From: Bacteroidales bacterium
Lineage (GTDB): Bacteria; Bacteroidota; Bacteroidia; Bacteroidales; UBA932
DNA length: 64,000 nucleotides
NCBI GenBank assembly: GCA_017445425.1
Contig: JAFSUF010000029.1
Location: 1,926-65,925, forward strand
Reading direction: 5' to 3'
Positions 40,698 through 49,214 of this stretch are shown here, piece after piece. The position numbers and the translations under genes were made by a program. The notes under the pieces were generated by a model. It was not told the origin of the DNA. It ran no database searches and saw only the letters and a list, made by a program, of their open reading frames with translations. Every line of letters begins with the position of its first letter. Within the stretch, counting starts at the first letter, position 1.

Positions 40698-40921
40698 GCA
40701 TCGGCGCCACCGGGCACAAAAAAGCCTGCTTGCTGGCCGGCGCTCTGCGCCGCGGGGGCCCGGGGCAGAGCCCCCGTTAAAATAGGCGCCACCGGGCGCC
40801 AAAAAAGCCAGCGGTTTCGCTGGCCGGCGCTATGCGCCGCGGGGGTTCGGGGGCAGAGCCCCCGTTATAATAGGCGCCAAAGGGCGCCAAATAAAAAAGA
40901 GCCGTTTGGCTCTTTTTTATT
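40695..40921. repeat. 2.5 tandem copies of an 88-bp hairpin-rich unit
   Basis: Units start at 40695, 40783 and 40871 (TAGGCGCC...). Each carries GGCGCC-N4-GGCGCC, an A6-GCCAGCG..CGCTGGC hairpin, CGGCGC-N3-GCGCCG and CGGGGG-N5-CCCCCG. Confidence 0.8.
40893..40918. terminator. bidirectional intrinsic terminator (rubredoxin gene on +, tRNA-Leu on -)
   Basis: AAAAAAGAGCC GTTT GGCTCTTTTTT. Confidence 0.7.
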
Positions 40922-41008
40922 TGGTGCCCAGAACAGGGCTCGAACCTGCACAATCTTGCGATCACTAGTCCCTGAAACTAGCGCGTCTACCAATTCCGCC
41001 ATCTGGGC
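40922..41008 (-). tRNA. tRNA-Leu (anticodon CAG), CCA encoded
   Basis: The reverse complement GCCCAGATGGCGGAATTGGTAGACGCG... folds as a cloverleaf. Anticodon loop TTCAGGG, long variable arm, acceptor GCCCAGA/TCTGGGC, then ACCA. Confidence 0.9.
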
Positions 41009-41018
41009 TTAGCAGGTG

Positions 41019-41026
41019 CAAAGATA
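41019..41026 (-). promoter_or_regulatory. candidate Bacteroides -7 promoter element for tRNA-Leu
   Basis: The minus strand reads TATCTTTG (TAnnTTTG consensus) about 10 nt upstream of the tRNA 5' end. No good -33 TTTG was seen. Confidence 0.4.
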
Positions 41027-41056
41027 TATCAAAAAAAGATTTTTGCAATAAAAAAG

Positions 41057-41087
41057 TTTGCGCACAATGAAAAAAGTTTTACATTTG
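41057..41087 (+). promoter_or_regulatory. candidate Bacteroides sigma-A type promoter for tRNA-Asn
   Basis: TTTG (41057-41060), a 19-nt spacer, then TACATTTG (41080-41087, TAnnTTTG consensus). It ends 18 nt before the tRNA 5' end. Confidence 0.6.
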
Positions 41088-41105
41088 CAGTCCCTAAAGG
41101 AAAAT

Positions 41106-41179
41106 TCCTCATTAGCTCAGTTGGTTAGAGCACCTGACTGTTAATCAGGGGGTCCTAGGTTCAAGTCCTAGATGAGGAG
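41106..41179 (+). tRNA. tRNA-Asn (anticodon GTT)
   Basis: TCCTCATTAGCTCAGTTGGTTAGAGCACCTGACTGTTAATCAGG...GTTCAAGTCCTAGATGAGGAG. Cloverleaf with anticodon loop CTGTTAA. CCA is not encoded. Confidence 0.9.
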
Positions 41180-41185
41180 CAAAAC

Positions 41186-41215
41186 GGACGGCAGCAATGC
41201 CGCCCGCTTTTGTTT
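41186..41215 (+). terminator. putative intrinsic terminator after tRNA-Asn
   Basis: GGACGGCA GCAA TGCCGCCC hairpin (one mismatch) followed by GCTTTTGTTTG. Confidence 0.5.
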
Positions 41216-41516
41216 GATATACTGGGGATTGAGTGCGGCCGCCCCCCCGGAACTTCTGACTCAATGTAGAAAAGTACCTGCCACGCCCGAGAGCATTGTA
41301 GATGCCTCCAACATGGTTTTCTATGGCCGGTCAAGACAAATCCCCCCGACCGGCCACATAAACTTTCCGGATACACCACCCCACGACTCGTTAACGTGGC
41401 AGGTGATTGTCATTGTCCCGACCGGCTTCTTTATTGATCACTTATTACGATCATGGTCACCGCCCCATTCTTTTTTCACGGGAAAAAGAATATCTTTGCA
41501 AGTTACATTAGTTTGC

Positions 41517-42269
41517 ATGGATATTTCTGTCTTTTCCAGGTGTCTCAAGTATCTGTTGCTCCGCAACGACGAGGTTGTCGTGCCGGGGCTGGGGACTTTT
41601 ACGGCCCAGGTGGTGGCGGACGAGGTGGACGAAGACGGCAATCCGATACCGCCGTATCGCAAGATATCCTACAGCACTGTAGAAAAAGAAGATGACGGCT
41701 TGTTTTTGCGCTGGATAGCCAAATACCTGCCTGATGGGACCGATGCCGCGCAGACGTGGCAAGATTTCATAGAGGATTTCTCCGGAGAGCTTGACGAAAA
41801 AAAATCGGTGGTGATAGAGGGTGTGGGAGAGTTACGTGCTTCTGCCCGCAAAATCTACTACTTTGTAAGCGACACAGAGAATTTTGAATATCCCGACGTA
41901 CCGGGCCAAGAATCAATCGGCGCCCTATTGCCGGAAGATTACGCAGAGGAAGAGAGCAAACCGATAGAGCTTGACACCGAAAAATGGATTAAGCAGGATG
42001 ACGATACAGTCACAGATGCCGCCAAGCAGCCTGCTGACGAACCTGTTCACGTGCCAGAACCGGTACAGGAGGAGGTGGTGCCAGAAGAAGATGACGAACC
42101 TGCCCCCAGCCACCTGAGCATTCTGATTGGCAACATCCTGCTGATATTATTCGTAGTCATTATTTTCCTGATGATTGCAGTCTCTTTGCTCAAGGACCTT
42201 CCGTGGATGAGCAATCTGCTGGACCACCTGCTATACACCAAAGAAGAACTTCAGATACTTGGCAAATAG
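41517..42269 (+). CDS. HU-CCDC81-like N-terminal domain protein with acidic linker and C-terminal TM anchor
   Basis: Internal start MDISVFSRCLKYLLLRNDEVVVPGLGTFTAQVV, the pattern of Bacteroidales HU-CCDC81/SPOR proteins. A D/E-rich region, then the TM segment ILIGNILLILFVVIIFLMIAVSLL. The 5' extension to 41172 overlaps tRNA-Asn and is rejected. Confidence 0.55.
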   Translation: MDISVFSRCLKYLLLRNDEVVVPGLGTFTAQVVADEVDEDGNPIPPYRKISYSTVEKEDDGLFLRWIAKYLPDGTDAAQTWQDFIEDFSGELDEKKSVVIEGVGELRASARKIYYFVSDTENFEYPDVPGQESIGALLPEDYAEEESKPIELDTEKWIKQDDDTVTDAAKQPADEPVHVPEPVQEEVVPEEDDEPAPSHLSILIGNILLILFVVIIFLMIAVSLLKDLPWMSNLLDHLLYTKEELQILGK

Positions 42270-42272
42270 GAG

Positions 42273-44324
42273 ATGATAGACCACGCCACAAAAGAGAGGA
42301 TAATGGATGCCGCCCGGATAGAGGAGGTCATCGGCGAGTTCGTGACGCTGAAGCGTTCCGGCGCGAACTATGTCGGCCTGTGCCCCTTTCATCCAGACAA
42401 GCACCCCTCAATGAGCGTATCCGCAACAAAGCAGTTCTTCAAATGCTTCTCCTGCGGCCATTCTGGCAACGTCATCTCATTCCTGATGGACCACGAACAC
42501 ATCAGCTACCCGGAGGCGCTCAGGTATCTGGCAAGGAAATACGGCATAGAGATAGTAGAGAAAGATGAGACTCCTGAGGAGGCGGCGCAGCGGATGCGTA
42601 ACGACAGTCTCCTGATTGTGAACGATGTCGCCCAGAAGTTCTACCAGGATGTCCTGTGGGATCCGGAGCGCAGCCATATGATTGGACTCGGCTACTTCCG
42701 CCAGAGAGGTTTTACAGACGAGACTATCCGCCGCTTCGGCCTCGGCTACGCCCCCGCCGGCTACGATACCTTCACCCGGTTTGCACTGGACAACGGCTAT
42801 AAAGAGGAGTATCTGCTGGAGACGGGCCTGAGCATCAAGCACGACGACGGACGCCTCTCAGACCGTTTTTACGAGCGTGTAATGTTCCCCATCTACTCTC
42901 TTGGCGGCAAGGTAATCGCCTTCGGCGGGCGCATAATGTCGTCAGAAAAGAAGGTGGCAAAGTATGTCAACTCCCCGGAGTCGTCTATATACAGCAAGAG
43001 CCGCTCTACATTGTACGGCCTCTTCCAGGCAAAAAACGCGATTGCCCGTCAGGACAAATGCATTATGGTGGAGGGGTATGCAGATGTAATATCGATGCAT
43101 CAGCGCGGCATAGAGAATGTGGTCGCCTCCAGCGGCACCGCCCTCACCGAGGGTCATATCAACCTTGTGAAACGCTTCACAAAGCGGATTACATTCATTT
43201 ACGACAGCGACCCCGCCGGCATCAAAGCCTCTATGCGGGGCATAGATATGGTGCTGGAGGCTGGTATGGAGGTCAAGATAGTGCTGCTGCCGCAGGGCGA
43301 AGACCCCGACTCGTTTGCCCAGGCAAATGAGAAGGCCGATATTGAGCAGTATATCGCCTCTCACGAGCAGGATTTCATCACCTTCAAGATCAACATCTTA
43401 TCCAAGGATATCGCTGAAAACGACATTTACGGCCGCACTCAGATGATAAGCGAAATAGTGCAGACGGTATCTGTAATTCCTGACGAGATAACCCGCAATG
43501 TGTATATCGAGACCATAGCGGGGGTCTTCAATTTGCAGCGGGACTCCCTGTTCTTGAGGATCCGGCGTATGCGCCAGAAGCGCCGCGAGCAGACACAGGC
43601 ACGCAATAACTATAACCGCAGCCGTGAAAACGCCCCCGGACCGGCCAGCGCCGCAGAGGCCGGCTACATACCCGACGAGCAGGGACGGTATCCAGAATCT
43701 GAAGTTTATGAAGCCACCCCCCGGAAACGCGATAGCGGGATTATCACAAACGATTATCTGGCTGTGTGCGAACGCGAACTGGTGGAGATGCTCATCAAAT
43801 GGGGCGAATACACCATCCACTGGGAGAGCAATATGACCTACGGAGAAGAGAAGATTCCGGAGGTCACGGTATCGGAGTATATACGCGGCCAGCTGGACGA
43901 GGACGGACTGACCCTGCAGAATCCGTTGTACAAGAAAGTTTATGATGCTTATTATGCCCTCGAGAAGGTCCCGAGCGACAACTGCGAAGAGACCCAGGGG
44001 CACGTGATCAAGTATTTCACCTTTCACGATGATATGGAGGTGATGAAATTTACAACAGAACTGCTCTCAGAAAGCTATCCCATCACCATAAAGAACTTCA
44101 ATGCCTCCCTCACCAGCGAAGAACACCGCCTCTACAAAGACGTCCCCAAAGCCGTCCTGCAGTACAAATCGCGGATTGTGGGGCTGCAGCAGACAGAACT
44201 GCAGAAAGAGATTGCGGCGGCGGGCAAAGCGGGCGACGACGCCCGTCAGAAAGAGCTGATGCACAGTTTCCTGACACTGGCAAACGTCCGCAACCAACTG
44301 GAGAAAGCACTAAAAAAGTATTAA
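42273..44324 (+). CDS. dnaG: DNA primase
   Basis: Zinc finger CPFHPDKHPSMSV...CFSCGHSG and Toprim MVEGYADVISMHQ...DSDPAG. Confidence 0.9.
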   Translation: MIDHATKERIMDAARIEEVIGEFVTLKRSGANYVGLCPFHPDKHPSMSVSATKQFFKCFSCGHSGNVISFLMDHEHISYPEALRYLARKYGIEIVEKDETPEEAAQRMRNDSLLIVNDVAQKFYQDVLWDPERSHMIGLGYFRQRGFTDETIRRFGLGYAPAGYDTFTRFALDNGYKEEYLLETGLSIKHDDGRLSDRFYERVMFPIYSLGGKVIAFGGRIMSSEKKVAKYVNSPESSIYSKSRSTLYGLFQAKNAIARQDKCIMVEGYADVISMHQRGIENVVASSGTALTEGHINLVKRFTKRITFIYDSDPAGIKASMRGIDMVLEAGMEVKIVLLPQGEDPDSFAQANEKADIEQYIASHEQDFITFKINILSKDIAENDIYGRTQMISEIVQTVSVIPDEITRNVYIETIAGVFNLQRDSLFLRIRRMRQKRREQTQARNNYNRSRENAPGPASAAEAGYIPDEQGRYPESEVYEATPRKRDSGIITNDYLAVCERELVEMLIKWGEYTIHWESNMTYGEEKIPEVTVSEYIRGQLDEDGLTLQNPLYKKVYDAYYALEKVPSDNCEETQGHVIKYFTFHDDMEVMKFTTELLSESYPITIKNFNASLTSEEHRLYKDVPKAVLQYKSRIVGLQQTELQKEIAAAGKAGDDARQKELMHSFLTLANVRNQLEKALKKY

Positions 44325-44342
44325 CCTACAACTAATCATTAT

Positions 44343-46400
44343 ATGGCAAACGATTACAAACGGACTCTGGTAACCTGCGCGCTTCCCTACGCAAACGGAC
44401 CTGTACACATCGGACATCTGGCTGGCGTTTATGTGCCCGCCGACATCTATGTGAGGTATCTTAAGATGCGTGGCCGCGACGTCCTTTTCGTATGCGGCAG
44501 CGACGAGCACGGCGTACCCATCACCATAAAGGCGCTCCAGCAGGGATGCACTCCGCAGGACATAGTAGATAAGTATCACGGCATCATCAAGAAGGCATTT
44601 GCCGACTTCGGAATCAACTTTGACATATACTCCCGCACCACCAGCAAGGTGCACGAGGCCACCGCATCTGACTTCTTCAAGAAACTCTATGACGAGGGCA
44701 AGTTCATTGAGAAGGAGAGCGAGCAGTATTATGACGAGCAGGCCCACCAGTTCCTGGCCGACCGCTACATTATGGGCACCTGCCCCAAATGCGGCAACGA
44801 GCGGGCATACGGTGACCAGTGCGAAAAGTGCGGCTCCACCCTGAGCCCCGACGAACTTATCAACCCCCACTCCACCATCAGCGGCGCCCCGCTGGTGAAG
44901 CGGGCCACAAAGCACTGGTATCTCCCGCTGGACAAGTATGAGGGCTGGCTGCGCGAGTGGATTCTGGATGGCCACAAGGAGTGGAAGACAAATGTTTACG
45001 GCCAATGCAAGAGCTGGCTGGACGGAGGACTGCAACCCCGCGCCGTGAGCCGCGACCTCGACTGGGGCGTGCCCGTTCCGGTAGAGGGTGCAGAGGGCAA
45101 AGTGCTTTACGTCTGGTTTGACGCCCCCATAGGCTACATCTCCAACACCAGGGAGCTGCTGCCCGACAGCTGGGAGAAATGGTGGAAGGACCCCGAAACC
45201 AAGCTGGTACATTTCATAGGCAAGGATAACATCGTGTTCCACTGCATAGTGTTCCCCTCGATGCTTAAAGCCTACGGCGGATACATCCTCCCCGACAACG
45301 TCCCTGCAAATGAGTTCCTGAATCTGGAGGGTGACAAGATATCCACCTCGCGCAACTGGGCAGTATGGCTCCACGAATATCTGGAGGAGTTCCCCGGCAG
45401 CCAGGACGTGCTGCGTTACGTGCTGACCGCCAACGCCCCCGAGACCAAGGACAACGACTTCACCTGGAAGGATTTCCAGACACGCAACAACAGCGAGCTG
45501 GTGGCCATCCTGGGCAACTTTGTGAACCGCGCCGTGGTGCTAACGCACAAATACTTCGAGGGCAGAGTTCCGCAGAACCTCAAACCCGAGGCCATCGATA
45601 CGGAGGTTATGGGACAGATTCCCGCCATCAAGGCCGCCATTGAAGACAACATAGAGCACTACCGTTTCCGCGAAGCCCTCAAAGAGGCTATGAACCTCGC
45701 CCGCCTGGGCAATAAATATATCAGCGACACCGAGCCCTGGAAGGTGGCCAAGACCGATATGGAGCGTACCGCCTCCATCCTCTACAACTCAATCCAGATT
45801 TGCGCAAACATCGCCATCGCGTGCGAGCCCTTCCTGCCGTTCTCTATGGAGAAACTCGCAAGGATGCTGAATATGGACAGTCGCGAGTGGGAAGCTGTGG
45901 GCAGCGGCGAGATTCTCGCCCCCGGCCATCAGCTGAACGCTGCAGAGCTTCTCTTTGCCAAGGTTGAAGACGCACAGATAGATGCTCAGCTCAAGAAGCT
46001 GGAAGACACCAAGAAGGCTAATGAAGCCGCCGAGGCTGCCGCAGCACCCGCCGGCGCCCCCGACCCTGCCAAAGAGCAGTGCACCTTTGAAGAGTTTGAG
46101 AAGATGGACATCCGCACCGCCACCGTACTGGAAGCAGAGCGCGTTCCCAAGACCGACAAACTGCTGCATCTGAAGATAGACACCGGCCTGGACCAGCGCG
46201 AGATAGTCTCCGGCATCGCCGAATACTATACCCCGGAAGAGATGGTCGGCAAGCAGATATGCATCCTTGCCAACCTGCAGCCCCGCAAGATCCGCGGCAT
46301 AGAGTCCAAAGGTATGATTCTGATGGCCCGCCAGAGCGACGGCAAAATGCGCATCGTCAGCCCCGAAGAGCCCCTCACAAACGGGGCTTGCATAGGTTAA
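44343..46400 (+). CDS. metG: methionine--tRNA ligase with C-terminal tRNA-binding (EMAP/Trbp111-like) domain
   Basis: [12 protein letters not shown] (HIGH), zinc knuckles CPKCG...CEKCG and KISTSR (KMSKS). Confidence 0.9.
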   Translation: MANDYKRTLVTCALPYANGPVHIGHLAGVYVPADIYVRYLKMRGRDVLFVCGSDEHGVPITIKALQQGCTPQDIVDKYHGIIKKAFADFGINFDIYSRTTSKVHEATASDFFKKLYDEGKFIEKESEQYYDEQAHQFLADRYIMGTCPKCGNERAYGDQCEKCGSTLSPDELINPHSTISGAPLVKRATKHWYLPLDKYEGWLREWILDGHKEWKTNVYGQCKSWLDGGLQPRAVSRDLDWGVPVPVEGAEGKVLYVWFDAPIGYISNTRELLPDSWEKWWKDPETKLVHFIGKDNIVFHCIVFPSMLKAYGGYILPDNVPANEFLNLEGDKISTSRNWAVWLHEYLEEFPGSQDVLRYVLTANAPETKDNDFTWKDFQTRNNSELVAILGNFVNRAVVLTHKYFEGRVPQNLKPEAIDTEVMGQIPAIKAAIEDNIEHYRFREALKEAMNLARLGNKYISDTEPWKVAKTDMERTASILYNSIQICANIAIACEPFLPFSMEKLARMLNMDSREWEAVGSGEILAPGHQLNAAELLFAKVEDAQIDAQLKKLEDTKKANEAAEAAAAPAGAPDPAKEQCTFEEFEKMDIRTATVLEAERVPKTDKLLHLKIDTGLDQREIVSGIAEYYTPEEMVGKQICILANLQPRKIRGIESKGMILMARQSDGKMRIVSPEEPLTNGACIG

Positions 46401-46421
46401 CCTTCTAATATTTTGATATCT

Positions 46422-46961
46422 ATGAAGACAAGTACAAAAATCTGGCTGGCCATTGCTGGCATCCTGCTTGTGGTCCTTGGTGTATTATGCATCTGCAGAC
46501 CCGCCGCAACACTTTTCACCGCAGCCTGGCTCATCGGCTGCCTGACCCTGTTTGCCGGTATCTCCAAGTTGGTTTTCACTTTCCGCACACAGGCTTTCCT
46601 ACCCAATAGCGGGAGCCGTATGCTCAGCGCTATACTTCAAATCATACTGGGTCTCATCTTCCTGTGCAACAACCTTTTCCTTGCAGTTTCCCTGCCGGTC
46701 ATCTTTGCAATGTGGGTGCTTATAGAGAGCGTAATCATTGCCGTGAACAGCTTTGACTACAAGCGTGTTGGCTTCCCTGGATGGTGGGCCATCCTGCTAC
46801 TTGGCATCTGCGGTGCCGTACTGGGCGTTATGGGATTGAGAAATCCAGATGTATCAGCCGCAACCCTCTCCACCCTCATAGGCCTCGGCGTTATCACCAT
46901 GGGTGCCGCCTACCTGTTTGCCCTCATAGGAATCAAAAAATTCGAGAATCTGATCAGGTAG
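46422..46961 (+). CDS. HdeD/DUF308-family membrane protein
   Basis: Six hydrophobic segments with the repeated DUF308 pattern. An alternative TTG start lies at 46413. Confidence 0.6.
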   Translation: MKTSTKIWLAIAGILLVVLGVLCICRPAATLFTAAWLIGCLTLFAGISKLVFTFRTQAFLPNSGSRMLSAILQIILGLIFLCNNLFLAVSLPVIFAMWVLIESVIIAVNSFDYKRVGFPGWWAILLLGICGAVLGVMGLRNPDVSAATLSTLIGLGVITMGAAYLFALIGIKKFENLIR

Positions 46962-46982
46962 CAAAAACCCCAACGTAATCTA

Positions 46983-47960
46983 TTAAATTGACTCGATTTC
47001 CTCCTTTGACAACTGGGTTGCAGCCATAATGGTCTCAATGCTAGCTCCGATGGCCTTAAGGTTCTTGACAGTTTCTCGCCGCATCTCTTCACGCCCATCC
47101 TTGCGGCCCTTGGCCAGACCTTCTACCATCCCAGCGTCGTAGCCTTCCTTGTGGAAATACTCGCCGATAACCTTCCTGTCGTATTCGGTAATCATAGATG
47201 TCACGTATTTGCGAAGTTCCTTTTCTTCAAGTTCTCCAGTCTGAGCTATCGAGAACACATCCTCGAAGCCTGCTTGATTCACCGGCACCTATGCAAATTT
47301 ATTCAAATTTTTGAAAAGGTAGCACCATCTCTCGCGGTTTGTCTCCAGCGAATCCCAGGCATTGCGCAGCCGCGGCAGCTCTAGGAAGAAGAATCGTAGA
47401 TTCTCTGTAAGGCAATCCTGCGCGTTTGACAATTCCTGGAACTGGTAGGAGAAGAAAAACTGCCCTTTCGGAACGGAAGCACTGTGGTGCCGGATATAGT
47501 CTGCTATGCAGAGGACATACACCGGTCTCAGTAGGTAAGATTCGTCACCCCGCTCAATCTGGCTATGTACCAGAGAGCATCCGTAGAACAGCAGCCGGTC
47601 GTCCATATCCACGTCGGGCAGGCACTGCATCTCCGCAATGAACTTCTCTCCTGTACCGCGCGCTGTGCATATAACGTCGAAGGTGGCTCGTTTGTCCTTG
47701 GCGCTCATCACCGGAATCTCGTTGCCGAGGTACTCGATATCCTCAACCTGCACCGGTAGGATGTCGTTGATGAACTTGAGCAGGATGCGCTTGTGCCCTA
47801 AGATATACTTGAAGGCAAAATCTACCCTTAAGTCCATAAATGTTGACAGTTGTTCCGGATGGTCGATATAGGACTGAACCTTATCAGGCTGTTCATCGAA
47901 TTGTTCCCGCAACTGGTCTTCAATCTGCGGGTCCAGCACAAGTTTGTAGTTAGCTTTCAT
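46983..47960 (-). pseudogene. Rpn-family (PD-(D/E)XK) recombination-promoting nuclease / putative transposase, interrupted by an in-frame TAG
   Basis: ORFs 47289..47960 and 46983..47288 are contiguous and in the same frame, separated only by TAG at 47289..47291. The N-terminal part has the DFAFKYILG...FDVIC...FIAEMQ nuclease-core pattern. Confidence 0.7.
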
Positions 47961-48192
47961 AGGCTTTAATCATTAAATGGTTAATGCCCGCAATACTATA
48001 CAACAAGGCCGGGGTAAACCATACTCTAAACGTTTATAAACGATTTTAAACGGAGAATCAACAATCCCCCGTTTTTAAAAGTGACAACAAGATAAAGCAA
48101 CTGTAGCCTTCCCTAAAAGCTTCCTCATCATTGCTGCTTCAGCATATATGAGAAAAGAGCAGAATATTAACACTTTATATATATAACTTGCA

Positions 48193-48218
48193 TTTGTTAC
48201 AATTATTAATTAGTTTTG
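48193..48218 (+). promoter_or_regulatory. weak candidate promoter for the FHA-kinase locus
   Basis: TAGTTTTG (48211-48218) fits TAnnTTTG exactly. The nearest upstream TTTG (48193-48196) is only 14 nt away, which is short spacing. Confidence 0.25.
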
Positions 48219-48464
48219 AACTTGTAAAGCAAGAAATATCTTGAACATATAAGCGGTTGCTGTTTGTTCAATCCTGATTGAAACGTAGGAAATTTCAATA
48301 ATTGAGGATAAAGAACAAGTTTGCGCGCGCCTGCTATGCGGGCGTTACTTGTTTTCCTCAATGGGCGATTCCTACGGCCTCAATCAGAGACAAGTGACGC
48401 TCGTTTTATTTTTCGTCCGGCAACCACGAAAAAAAGTGCAACAACATTTAAAATTATATGCATT

Positions 48465-49205
48465 ATGGCAGACAAGACTAATGTTCCGGGAGTAAATGAT
48501 TTTGCTTCTGTTGAAGACCGCGGTTTAAGTTCAGATTATTATGAGAAGAAAGATCTGTCCCAAGCAGCCAGAAAAGATATTGGGGCAGGGACGGTCATTA
48601 CCGGTGAAACCGGAGAGGTTGAAGAATCGGTAAAGATTAAAACAAAGAGAGTTGAAAAAGACAAGCCGCTCCTTGGCTTCTTCTATTCTGTTTCCCGTGA
48701 CAAGTTTGGTGAATACTGGCCTTTATATCTGGGCCCCAATACCATTGGTAGGGACGGGAATAGTGATATTATCTTGAACGAAGGAACAGTATCAGGAAAT
48801 CATGCGACCTTAATTATTCATAAAGAAGATGATGGAGAGGTGTATGCCGGCATTAAGGATAATGGTTCCACCTATGGTGTCAAAGTAAACGGCAAGAGCA
48901 CCCACTTTGACGTGGTTGGCTGCAACAACATGGACATCATAAAGGTAGGAAAGAATTACGAGCTATTATTCATCCTGATTGATTCAGATCAGGTCGGCCT
49001 CAAGCCGGCAGAGAACTTCGTCGAAGTCAAGCGCGCATCATCAAAACAAGTAGATCGCCGTATTATTACCGGGCCGAGGAGCAGCGGGCCTGCGACCTAT
49101 CGTAACCCTAATAGCAGTCGCCTCGCTAATCCGTCAACAAATGACAGGACTCGCTCAATGGATGGCGAGACAGAAGACATTCACAACGGAACAGTCACAA
49201 GGTAA
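48465..49205 (+). CDS. FHA domain protein (cytoplasmic, no TM)
   Basis: Internal ATG gives MADKTNVPG... FHA core NTIGRDGNSDIILNEGTVSGNHATL...DNGSTYGVKVNG, then a low-complexity S/R/N tail. Confidence 0.8.
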   Translation: MADKTNVPGVNDFASVEDRGLSSDYYEKKDLSQAARKDIGAGTVITGETGEVEESVKIKTKRVEKDKPLLGFFYSVSRDKFGEYWPLYLGPNTIGRDGNSDIILNEGTVSGNHATLIIHKEDDGEVYAGIKDNGSTYGVKVNGKSTHFDVVGCNNMDIIKVGKNYELLFILIDSDQVGLKPAENFVEVKRASSKQVDRRIITGPRSSGPATYRNPNSSRLANPSTNDRTRSMDGETEDIHNGTVTR

Positions 49206-49214
49206 ACAGGTGAT

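Noticed and set aside
40695-40921. Possible CRISPR array
   Set aside because: The repeats are 88 bp and directly abutting, with no unique spacers. They are hairpin/terminator-like and no cas genes are nearby.
41172-41516. 5' extension of the ORF upstream of dnaG
   Set aside because: It starts inside tRNA-Asn and its terminator. The recognisable domain begins at the ATG at 41517.
44310-45374. 354-aa minus-strand ORF
   Set aside because: It is antisense to metG (HIGH/KMSKS present on the plus strand), so it is a shadow ORF.
47289-47291. TAG read-through or reassignment in the Rpn-family gene
   Set aside because: TAG terminates cmk, nrdG and the rubredoxin gene in this same window, so a nonsense mutation is the simpler explanation.
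48321-48464. TTG-initiated extension of the first FHA gene
   Set aside because: It runs through the G+C hairpin and AT-rich leader. The FHA protein has a plausible ATG at 48465.
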